From: Desulfocapsa sulfexigens DSM 10523
GTDB lineage: Bacteria; Desulfobacterota; Desulfobulbia; Desulfobulbales; Desulfocapsaceae
DNA: 32,000 nucleotides
Assembly: GCF_000341395.1 (NCBI RefSeq)
Contig: NC_020304.1
Span: forward strand, 3,660,001 to 3,692,000
Direction of reading: 5' to 3'
The notes below the pieces were generated by a model that was given only the letters and a program-made list of their open reading frames with translations, was not told the origin of the DNA and searched no databases. Shown here one piece after another: positions 8,513 to 16,725 of this stretch. The stretch's first letter is position 1. Each line of letters opens with the position of its first letter. The translations under genes and the position numbers were made by a program.

Positions 8513-10147
8513 ATGAAACTGGCCCTGCTCGCCCCACCCCACACGCCTCCAACCTGCCCACCTCTGGGACCGGCACTTCTTTCTGCCTATTTGCAACAAA
8601 AACTTCCAGACACTGAGATATCAGTCTTTGACCTTAACCTTGATTATTACCTGAATGCGTTTGACGCCATTCGGGAGAGGCGTCTTGGACTCAGAATCTA
8701 CAAGTGGGATGAAAAGACAACCGCACGTCAACTTGATCGGGCAGTTTCCTTCTTTAAGAATTGGAACCCGGCAGATTCAGATCTGAAAGAGTACCATCAT
8801 TGGGCTACGATTTTTTTAAGTTTTGAAAACATTTTCAACGCTTTTATGGCTGAAATGGCAGAAAAGATCTTGAGCAGCCAAACCGTTCCTCAAAGAATGG
8901 TAATCTTTTTTGAAAACCTTATTCAGCCAGTACTTATAGCGAAACCTGATTTGATCGGCTTTTCAATTCTCTACCAGCACCAGATCGTCTTTGCAGCTTT
9001 ACTTGCCAAGCTGATTAAAAAGCAAAGTAACGCAAAAATTGTTGTTGGCGGGGCGGCAATCAGCGTCATGGGCACACCTGAAAAACTCCTTCATTCCCCC
9101 ATTAGCAGTAAGAAAACAAATTCTCCCGATATCTTTCTGAAAGATTTTTTTGATTATCTATTGCCAGGCGAAGGAGAAAGTGGTCTCCATTCACTCTGTC
9201 AGACATACAGTTCTGCTGATCTTGCCGACGTGCCAAATCTAATCTTTTTTAACTCCAACACTCTGCAGATTAATCCACCAGCTATACACGTACTGGAAAC
9301 GCTTCCCCACCCTGATTTCTCTCACTTCAAACTGGATGATTACCTGACCCCGGAACCAGTACTGCCTCTTATGACTTCACGCGGTTGTCCCTGGGGAAAA
9401 TGCACCTTCTGCACCCATCATCACAGCTATCTTAACTACCGCACTCGGAAAATCAGGGACTGTGTTGAGGAAGTAAAGCTTATCCAAAAACAATATGACT
9501 GCAATGTCTTTTATTTCTATGATGAGATGATCCCGGCTACACGCTTCAAACAACTTGCAGAACAGATAATTGAACAGGGCATTACTATTCATTATGGTGC
9601 CTATGCAAAACCGCTCAAATCATTCACCCCTGACCTCTGCCACCTCATACAACGATCGGGTTGCCGGGTACTTCAATGGGGGGTGGAAACTGCCAGTCAA
9701 AGGGTTCTTAATTTGATGAAGAAGGGAACTAAAATTCATGAGGTTAAAAATGTCCTCAGCAATTCCGCTCAGGCAGGGATATACAACCTGGTGTTTGTTC
9801 TTTTCGGCTTTCCAACGGAAACAACCGAAGAACTACAGCAAACCCTGACATTTCTTGAGTGTAACAGGGACAATATCCACGTTTTAAGTAGCGGAACATT
9901 TGTTCTGACCGAAGGATCGCAGGTTCACCGGGAACCAGAAAACTTTTCCATAACGAAAATATGGGAACGTAACAAATCATCCATACTCTATCCGATACTG
10001 GATTATACGGTCAGCCAGGGAATGACATCACAAGAGGTCCAGGAGCATTTTTCTAATAACAGGACATTTTTAAACACTGTTTCTCTTTCAAGCCGCTTTG
10101 GAGCCTACCGAGAACACCTTCTTCTTTTTGCCACAACAAAGGATTAA
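8513..10147 (+). CDS. Radical SAM protein with N-terminal B12-binding-like domain
   Basis: N-terminal APPHTPPTCPPLGPALLSAYL...PDLIGFSILYQHQIVFAALLAKLIKKQSNAKIVVGGA (B12-binding-type fold pattern); SRGCPWGKCTFCTHH cluster motif; GVETASQRVLNLMKKGT; SD AGGAG upstream of the ATG. Confidence 0.85.
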   Translation: MKLALLAPPHTPPTCPPLGPALLSAYLQQKLPDTEISVFDLNLDYYLNAFDAIRERRLGLRIYKWDEKTTARQLDRAVSFFKNWNPADSDLKEYHHWATIFLSFENIFNAFMAEMAEKILSSQTVPQRMVIFFENLIQPVLIAKPDLIGFSILYQHQIVFAALLAKLIKKQSNAKIVVGGAAISVMGTPEKLLHSPISSKKTNSPDIFLKDFFDYLLPGEGESGLHSLCQTYSSADLADVPNLIFFNSNTLQINPPAIHVLETLPHPDFSHFKLDDYLTPEPVLPLMTSRGCPWGKCTFCTHHHSYLNYRTRKIRDCVEEVKLIQKQYDCNVFYFYDEMIPATRFKQLAEQIIEQGITIHYGAYAKPLKSFTPDLCHLIQRSGCRVLQWGVETASQRVLNLMKKGTKIHEVKNVLSNSAQAGIYNLVFVLFGFPTETTEELQQTLTFLECNRDNIHVLSSGTFVLTEGSQVHREPENFSITKIWERNKSSILYPILDYTVSQGMTSQEVQEHFSNNRTFLNTVSLSSRFGAYREHLLLFATTKD

Positions 10148-10156
10148 AGCTGTAGA

Positions 10157-10717
10157 CTAGCGATCTGATCTTCTTTTCTCTGCCCGGGATCGGAACTCTT
10201 TTAAAAACAACCACCCGTAATCACAGGCCGCTATGCTGCTCAACAGGGCTGCAAATACAAGAGCAGGGTAAATTCCGCCGGGAAACAGAAGGACGGCAAT
10301 AAAAAAGAAAAACTGGCCAAATGTTGCTGCCTTGCCGGATAACCTTGCATCCATTTTTTTGAATGACTCCCATGATTGTATGGTCAATGCATAGACAGCC
10401 GTACAGACAACCAGCATATCACGTGCCAGCAGAACCAAAAGCCACCAGGAGGAAAATTTCCCCGCAGCAACAAAACTGCTCAGAACACAGAGAACAAAAA
10501 GTTTATCGGCAATCGCATCGAGCAAACCACCTTGCCAACTCTGTACCTGCCAATGCCTTGCCACCCAACCGTCAAGAATATCACTCAAACCACTTCCAAG
10601 AATCAGCCATATCCACCATTGTTCTGGAGAAAAGGGGAACAGGCAGGCGAGAAATATTCGGCCGGTCGACAGACTATTGGGTACATAGCGAACGAAACCT
10701 TTTTTCTTCATATCCAT
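10157..10717 (-). CDS. CDP-alcohol phosphatidyltransferase family protein (PgsA-like)
   Basis: Family signature DGx2ARx8Gx3Dx3D matched exactly: DGWVARHWQVQSWQGGLLDAIAD; multiple TM segments. Confidence 0.88.
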   Translation of the reverse strand: MDMKKKGFVRYVPNSLSTGRIFLACLFPFSPEQWWIWLILGSGLSDILDGWVARHWQVQSWQGGLLDAIADKLFVLCVLSSFVAAGKFSSWWLLVLLARDMLVVCTAVYALTIQSWESFKKMDARLSGKAATFGQFFFFIAVLLFPGGIYPALVFAALLSSIAACDYGWLFLKEFRSRAEKRRSDR

Positions 10718-10796
10718 TATAAAATATTTGACTTATTATTATTGAAACGCCCGAATCATCAGGGCAAGACCACTCCTCCAATCAGGCAACTACTCT

Positions 10797-11552
10797 TTAG
10801 AAAGACATTTTGCTTTCCATCAATTGACTAATTCGGCCATGGATTGCAACCACCGCTGTATCTACTTTTAAAATCCTCCTGCCAATTGAAAAAGATTGCA
10901 GGCCCCTATTGAGGAATTTTTCAACTTCAAAATCAACCCAGCCCCCCTCGGGCCCCACTGCATATAGAACTTTCCCATAATCTTCTACCAGACAGTGGGA
11001 AAGGCTTTTGTCTGAATTGGGATGTGCAAGCACCAGAGAACTGTAGTTACCACAGATTTTCGGAAGATAATCTTCTACAAAGGGGCGAAAATGCCGACAC
11101 ATCCGAACGTCAGGTAAGCGGGTATCCACAGCCTGCTCGAGACCATGAATCAAGTGGGGGCGATATTCCTCTTCTTTCAGTATTCCAGCATCCCAAAAAC
11201 TCTTTTCCACCCGGTTGGCGTTAATCAGATAAATCGTCCCAACACCTAATGCTGTCACCTGAGTCAGGATTCTTTTCAACATAATGGGGCGTGGCAGAGC
11301 AAGGAGTAGATCAATGGCGGGTTGGGAAGCCGGACTATCGGACAGAGTCACTGCGAGTTCGACAATAAAGGGATATTTACGGTGTATTGTCAGCACATTT
11401 CCTGTCCCCATCGCTCCGTTAACTTCGCCCACACGTACAGAGTCCCCCACTTCACTCTGCAAAATCTTTACAATATGCTTTGCCCGATGATCATTAAAAA
11501 TGACATGATTATCGGGTGTAAGCTCTTCTTTTTCAAATAAAATTATATTCAT
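10797..11552 (-). CDS. rsmE: 16S rRNA (uracil(1498)-N(3))-methyltransferase
   Basis: RsmE/SPOUT motifs HRAKHIVKILQSEVGD, LLLALPRPIMLKRILTQVTALGVGTIYLI, YAVGPEGGW, SIGRRILKVDTA. Confidence 0.93.
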   Translation of the reverse strand: MNIILFEKEELTPDNHVIFNDHRAKHIVKILQSEVGDSVRVGEVNGAMGTGNVLTIHRKYPFIVELAVTLSDSPASQPAIDLLLALPRPIMLKRILTQVTALGVGTIYLINANRVEKSFWDAGILKEEEYRPHLIHGLEQAVDTRLPDVRMCRHFRPFVEDYLPKICGNYSSLVLAHPNSDKSLSHCLVEDYGKVLYAVGPEGGWVDFEVEKFLNRGLQSFSIGRRILKVDTAVVAIHGRISQLMESKMSF

Positions 11553-11563
11553 TCAACACATCA

Positions 11564-12547
11564 TTAAAAATGGACAAACCAGCGTATATACAGGCGCTCC
11601 GGGGTATTCTCATAGCGTGAATCCCCTGAGCCATGATAGAAAAAAGCCCCACCACTGAGAGTCATTTCATCACTCAGGCTGTACTCCACAGCCGGTGAAA
11701 CAAAACCAGAGCCATCATCAAGATCTGTTACAGTCGTCAGAAAACAGGACCAGAGCATTGTCGGCTGAAAACTGACCGAGAGACCAAGTTCATCGTGACG
11801 AGACACATCAACATAATGATATTCTCCAGTAAGAACCAAAGAGTTCGCAAAACCATAGTCTGCACCGAATATAAACTCAGTATGACGCTCCCCAGTTTTA
11901 CGATTATGGAAGCTCCCCCCTTCACTGCGGAGTTCTATACCGGTACCAGCAAACTCCCCTTCAGCTTCCCAGCCGATGATATCAAGGTTTTCATCCTCAT
12001 CCCACTCTCCTACCAATGCCAGATCAGCAAAATCAAGATACCCTTTCAGCCGAATAGCTCCCTTCCCCCTGGCAAGGGTCGCGTTAACACTCGACAGGCG
12101 GCTCAAGGCATACTCGTAATGAACACTATTGGTTCCTGGACGCTCATTTGGTTCAATTGACTCGATATCAATGGGATTAAAGACATCGATTGGGTTCCAG
12201 AATCGGCCAACACCCAGTGGTATCCGCTGCTTTCCCACAACCCAGAAATGTTTAGCCCCCTTATATTCAAGAAAAGCGCGATAAACTGATGTTTTATTGG
12301 TGAGGCTGCCGGGGGTTTCAGTATACAGATTTTCATTATCCAGTATCAAGGTGCCAAGAATCTCTGGATACTCTTCATGCTCCAGGGTGAGTTCTCCTCG
12401 AAGACGATTATAATCAAAAAGCTGATACAAATCGTCGTAACCTGGCATATGGGTGTTTTCCATTGAAAAACCCGGGACGATACCCAGGCAGGTAACCACC
12501 ATATATCCGAATCTATTCTTCACAAACATTTGAAACAAGTTTGCCAT
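11564..12547 (-). CDS. Predicted outer-membrane beta-barrel protein of the Lol-like export operon
   Basis: Probable N-terminal signal; barrel-like alternating strands ending in an aromatic residue (...LYIRWFVHF); VGKQRIPLGVGRFWNPIDVFNP segment; overlaps the upstream ATPase gene by 35 nt. Confidence 0.7.
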   Translation of the reverse strand: MANLFQMFVKNRFGYMVVTCLGIVPGFSMENTHMPGYDDLYQLFDYNRLRGELTLEHEEYPEILGTLILDNENLYTETPGSLTNKTSVYRAFLEYKGAKHFWVVGKQRIPLGVGRFWNPIDVFNPIDIESIEPNERPGTNSVHYEYALSRLSSVNATLARGKGAIRLKGYLDFADLALVGEWDEDENLDIIGWEAEGEFAGTGIELRSEGGSFHNRKTGERHTEFIFGADYGFANSLVLTGEYHYVDVSRHDELGLSVSFQPTMLWSCFLTTVTDLDDGSGFVSPAVEYSLSDEMTLSGGAFFYHGSGDSRYENTPERLYIRWFVHF

Positions 12548-13205
12548 CTTTCAGCACCACGGAACGTCTGGCTTTGGCTATAACCATTGGATCGTGAGAG
12601 GAAAAAATAATAGTTACTCCTTCATCACGGTTGAGTTTTTCCATCATATCGATAAGTGATACTGCTGTTTTGGAATCAAGGTTTGCCGTCGGCTCATCGG
12701 CAAGCACAAGTTTGGGAGTGGAAGCCACAGCACGGGCAACGGCAACACGCTGCTGCTGTCCGCCACTTAACTGATGGGGCAACTTATCGAGCAATGTTTC
12801 AATACCAAGCTTTTCCGCTATGGCAAGGCTTCTCGACGCACATTTTTCATTATCCATACCCTGAAGTTTCATCACATATTCGATATTTTCGCGGGCAGTG
12901 AAAACAGGCAGGAGATTGTAGGCCTGAAAGACAAAACCGATATGATCACGTCTTATCCTTGAAAGATCCGTTTCGGATAAATGCGTTAATTCAATACCAT
13001 CAAGGAATATCTTCCCGTCACTGGGCAGATCAAGGCCACCGATGATGTTTAAAAGAGTCGTCTTACCACTTCCTGAAGGCCCTGAAATAACAACAAATTC
13101 ACCTTCCCTGATCACAAGATTGATCGTATCAAGGGCCCGGACCGTTACCTCTTTATCCGGCTGAAAGCGTTTACTGATCTTTTCTACAACAAGAAATTCA
13201 CTCAT
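12513..13205 (-). CDS. ABC transporter ATP-binding protein, LolD/MacB type
   Basis: Walker A SGPSGSGKTTLLN, signature LSGGQQQRVAVARAVA, Walker B KLVLADEPTANLD. Confidence 0.93.
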   Translation of the reverse strand: MSEFLVVEKISKRFQPDKEVTVRALDTINLVIREGEFVVISGPSGSGKTTLLNIIGGLDLPSDGKIFLDGIELTHLSETDLSRIRRDHIGFVFQAYNLLPVFTARENIEYVMKLQGMDNEKCASRSLAIAEKLGIETLLDKLPHQLSGGQQQRVAVARAVASTPKLVLADEPTANLDSKTAVSLIDMMEKLNRDEGVTIIFSSHDPMVIAKARRSVVLKDGKLVSNVCEE

Positions 13206-13230
13206 AGTGTCGTTATCGTTTTAGCGTTTT

Positions 13231-14481
13231 TCAGACTTCATTTATAATTTCAATGGGCTTTCTTTTCCGAAGGATCCGTAATGGAAAGTATCCACTGATC
13301 AGTGTTGCAATAATAACGGCAGTAAAGGCTGTTACAAAATACTCTGGACGTATAATTGCATAAGTTACCGCATCCATACCAAACTCTTCAAAAGCATCAC
13401 TGAAAAGGGTAAGATCAAGTCCATATATTTTAAAGTACCAAAGGCTCAATCCTCCACAAAGTGCGCCGGCCATAAAGCCTGACACCCCTAAAACCAGGGA
13501 TTCAGTCAGGACTACGGTTCGTATCTGGCTAAACTCCGTACCTATGGCCAGCATTATTCCAAACTCCCTTATTCGCTCAAGAACTGACACCAGTATCACC
13601 CCGAATATACCAAGTCCTGCCACACCGAAAATCATCAGAGACACAACCAGACTGAACCCTCTCATCATGACACGGGACTGCATAAGTGCCGGATACATCT
13701 CATCCCATCGTAAAATATCCAGGTTTGGCAATCGTCCCTGCAGATCGTCCTGCATATCTGCAATATGTTTTTCATCCAGCATCATAATAGAAACCTGGGT
13801 GAGACCATGGGCCACACCCAGAAATTTCCTGGCAATGTTGATGTCTATAAAAACTCCGCTCTCATCAAGCCCCATATTATTTGTTTTGAGGATTCCACTC
13901 ACACGCAGGGCAATCGAGGTCACTTCAGAGTTTAGATCCTGGGCTGACAGAATGATCTTACTGCCGATATCCACCTGCAGCCTCTCGGCGAGCTTAAAAC
14001 CAATGATGGCTCCCTTTCCACTTTGTCCAAATCCATACTTTCCCTGGATAAGATAGTTCTGGAGATTACCGTGGATTTCCTCACGTTTCGGATCTATCCC
14101 GGTAATAATTGTGTTTCGTGAATAATGTGCCGTGGCAACCAGTCCCTCCTGGTTCAACCTTCCCACCCAACTGGCAACTCCTGGATCATGATCCAGCAAG
14201 GTTGCTAGTTTAGTGGAATTGAGTCCATCACCCTGAATCCGCTTGTCCAGTGAAGGATCGAGTCGATACCCATGGCCAAAGAGTGACAAATGCCCTGAAT
14301 CACTGCGAATAGCATTGGAAATCATCTGTTCCGTCATCCCGTCATAAATACCCTGCATGAGAAGAAGCCCCCAGAGGCTCACACATATCATCAAGACCAC
14401 CATCATGGACCGCGTAGTCCGGCGAATGAGCGAGGCCCATGCCATTCTCAGAACCATTCTATACATGATGGATGGCCTCAA
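13231..14481 (-). CDS. ABC transporter permease, FtsX/LolC/LolE family
   Basis: N-terminal TM, large periplasmic MacB_PCD-like region, C-terminal three-TM FtsX region (VFGVAGLGIFGVILVSVLERIREFGIMLAIGTEFSQIRTVVLTESLVLG). Confidence 0.9.
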   Translation of the reverse strand: MRPSIMYRMVLRMAWASLIRRTTRSMMVVLMICVSLWGLLLMQGIYDGMTEQMISNAIRSDSGHLSLFGHGYRLDPSLDKRIQGDGLNSTKLATLLDHDPGVASWVGRLNQEGLVATAHYSRNTIITGIDPKREEIHGNLQNYLIQGKYGFGQSGKGAIIGFKLAERLQVDIGSKIILSAQDLNSEVTSIALRVSGILKTNNMGLDESGVFIDINIARKFLGVAHGLTQVSIMMLDEKHIADMQDDLQGRLPNLDILRWDEMYPALMQSRVMMRGFSLVVSLMIFGVAGLGIFGVILVSVLERIREFGIMLAIGTEFSQIRTVVLTESLVLGVSGFMAGALCGGLSLWYFKIYGLDLTLFSDAFEEFGMDAVTYAIIRPEYFVTAFTAVIIATLISGYFPLRILRKRKPIEIINEV

Positions 14482-15682
14482 TTGGCTGATACCTGTTGAC
14501 TTTCAGAATCGGGTACAGCGTGGACAGCAATAACAGAATAAACATTATCAGCATATCACGCACAATCGTCACCGGCTCAAAAGCTGTAGGTATGGCGGAG
14601 GCAGCAAGTCCATACTGTTTAAACTGTTCTTCCATGCCTGAAAAAACCATCGGGTGGAGGTAAAAATAATATGCAAAGACTGCACCCAGCAACCCACCGG
14701 CACATACACTGAGAAACCCGAGTATTGATGATTCAAGAATCAGAATAGTTAAAATTTGTCCAGGAGTGGTGCCAATTGCTCGCATAATACCTATTTCCCT
14801 CAGGCGTGCATACACCACAAGTAGGGTATAGATCATTATAACAAAAAAGATTGCGGTGAAAATAATAGCCAGAGTGATATAACCAAAGACAGAGTCCAGT
14901 TTCATTGACTTCAGAAGTGCTGCCATGGTTTCCTGCCAGCTGGCAGTCTGATACTCCACTCCGACCACTTCTTCTATGGCTGCTGCCAGTGTTTCCGATT
15001 TTTCCAGATTATCTGGAAGTACAATTCCATGGGTAGCCATATTGTCAGATGCCATGATCATGTCAAAATAGGGTTTTGCAAGAAATGCACTGCTGGCATC
15101 AAATTCATAGAGTCCCGTTTGAAATATTCCTTTCACCACAAGTCTGTCAGCAGCAAAAGAATAGTCTGCACCATTGCCGATAAAAACTACCTCATCTCCA
15201 ACCCCCACATTGAGACGCAATGCCAGTTCCTGCCCGATATAAAGCTTGTTAGTATCATTTTGAGTCAGATAATTCCCAGCGGTAAGTGATGCATGGAGAC
15301 GTGAAATACTCCGCTCCTTTTCAGGATCTATCCCGGTAAGCATACCACCAACTGCTTTTTCTCCGACAGAATAGAGAACGAAGGATTCGAAACGGGGACT
15401 GAAGAGTTGCACGCCCTGAACTGCTTCAACATGCGATTGCAATGTCTCCACGTCAAAGAGAAGGTGATCAAAGCTTGGATTTTCTCTGAATTTGGCCCCT
15501 GTTATCTGAATATATCCAGAATAAATTTCAACACCATTTTTAATCATCTGCTGATGAGACCCATCCATCCATGCTGAAGAAAACACCAGCAGGGCTGTGC
15601 TCACAGCACCGAGTAACATTGTGATGATTGATCGTTTCCTGTGGGCAATAACATTGCGAAATGCGATATTAAGAAGCATCAT
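14459..15682 (-). CDS. ABC transporter permease, FtsX/LolC/LolE family
   Basis: MMLLNIAFRNVIAHRKRSIITMLLGAVSTALLVF... and C-terminal YTLLVVYARLREIGIMRAIGTTPGQILTILILES; overlaps the next permease gene by 23 nt. Confidence 0.9.
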   Translation of the reverse strand: MMLLNIAFRNVIAHRKRSIITMLLGAVSTALLVFSSAWMDGSHQQMIKNGVEIYSGYIQITGAKFRENPSFDHLLFDVETLQSHVEAVQGVQLFSPRFESFVLYSVGEKAVGGMLTGIDPEKERSISRLHASLTAGNYLTQNDTNKLYIGQELALRLNVGVGDEVVFIGNGADYSFAADRLVVKGIFQTGLYEFDASSAFLAKPYFDMIMASDNMATHGIVLPDNLEKSETLAAAIEEVVGVEYQTASWQETMAALLKSMKLDSVFGYITLAIIFTAIFFVIMIYTLLVVYARLREIGIMRAIGTTPGQILTILILESSILGFLSVCAGGLLGAVFAYYFYLHPMVFSGMEEQFKQYGLAASAIPTAFEPVTIVRDMLIMFILLLLSTLYPILKVNRYQPIEAIHHV

Positions 15683-15698
15683 AGAAATACTTAAGAGC

Positions 15699-16469
15699 TT
15701 ATTTTGAGAATCGTTTTAAGGCACGCTTAGTGAAATAGTCCTCATCAACCTCACTGTCGAACACAGCACTGGAGACGCTGATGCGGGTTTCGTGGCCCTC
15801 TTTATCAGCACTTTTCGGTGTCATAATCCAGAGTGCCGGATAAAAACGGTCTCCATAGGGTTGCACGTCTTTATATACAAGTTCCCGAACAAGATTTAAC
15901 TCCTCACCAAAATAAAGAACCTTCGTCGGGAGGTAATATTCCTTGGAAACTGACATACGAATTTTCCCCCACACCACAGCAGCATCAGGTTTTGGGTGCA
16001 GATCCACAATATATTCCCTGTCAGTCTCCGAGATCAGTGAGTGGTTGTAGTCATCATATAAAGAACTTTCCTTCACCAGATCGTCATTGCTGAAATCACT
16101 CCCCATCCAGCTTTGCAGCATCATGGATGCGGGAATTTTTATTACTTTCTCGATGCGTGGCACATATTGCCACATACTGTTATCAACCTTAAGAAAGGTT
16201 ATTCCAGCATCTTTTCCTGGATACAATACCTTGATAAACGATTTTTTCTGACCAATGGAATAGCTCTCCATCTTCATCGTTCTCTCGGTGCGTCGTGTTT
16301 TTACAGTCATACTGATCTCCATGACCGCGCTCTTTCCGTTAAGATTATCAACCACTTTCTTTATTACATCCTCAACACTTTCTGCCCTGCACTCAGCAGC
16401 AAACAACAAAACGACCCCTGCAAAAAAAATTGCTTTTACATGCAGATGATCTGCCCTAAGAAATCGCAT
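15699..16469 (-). CDS. LolA-like outer membrane lipoprotein-sorting protein family
   Basis: Signal peptide (VKAIFFAGVVLLFAAECRAES) followed by MEISMTVKTRRTERTMKMESYSIGQKKSFIKVLYPGKDAGITFLKVDNSMWQYVPRIEKVIKIP. ATG at 16469 has GGAG 7 nt upstream; the ORF track opened at an upstream TTG. Confidence 0.85.
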   Translation of the reverse strand: MRFLRADHLHVKAIFFAGVVLLFAAECRAESVEDVIKKVVDNLNGKSAVMEISMTVKTRRTERTMKMESYSIGQKKSFIKVLYPGKDAGITFLKVDNSMWQYVPRIEKVIKIPASMMLQSWMGSDFSNDDLVKESSLYDDYNHSLISETDREYIVDLHPKPDAAVVWGKIRMSVSKEYYLPTKVLYFGEELNLVRELVYKDVQPYGDRFYPALWIMTPKSADKEGHETRISVSSAVFDSEVDEDYFTKRALKRFSK

Positions 16470-16629
16470 GAACAAACTCCATTTTACAATTTATTGATTG
16501 CATAAAATATCTCTATACTCTCTGTATCATATCCATTCAGTGAAACGAATGGTAGGTATTTGATTCATAAAACAAGGAAATAACATCTTCTTAAGATGTA
16601 ACTATTCTATACATTTTCTTAAATCTTCT

Positions 16630-16659
16630 TTGACTTTCCCCAACCTCATTCAGTACACT
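16630..16659 (+). promoter_or_regulatory. Candidate sigma70-type promoter for the hybrid histidine kinase
   Basis: TTGACT - 18 nt - TACACT, 66 nt upstream of ATG 16726. Confidence 0.4.
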
Positions 16660-16725
16660 GAAATACATGGATTCTTAATCCCTAACCTTCTATTTCAACG
16701 CCTCCCCTGACCCGAAAGGCACAGA

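Noticed and set aside
8408-8599. 63-aa minus-strand ORF next to the radical SAM gene, considered as a possible RiPP precursor.
   Set aside because: It overlaps the start of the radical SAM gene antisense, lacks a leader/core pattern and a convincing ribosome binding site; no evidence for a RiPP cluster.
13544-15289. Plus-strand ORFs at 13544-14056 (170 aa) and 15029-15289 (86 aa).
   Set aside because: Antisense to the FtsX-type permease genes; amino-acid composition and lack of motifs indicate shadow ORFs.
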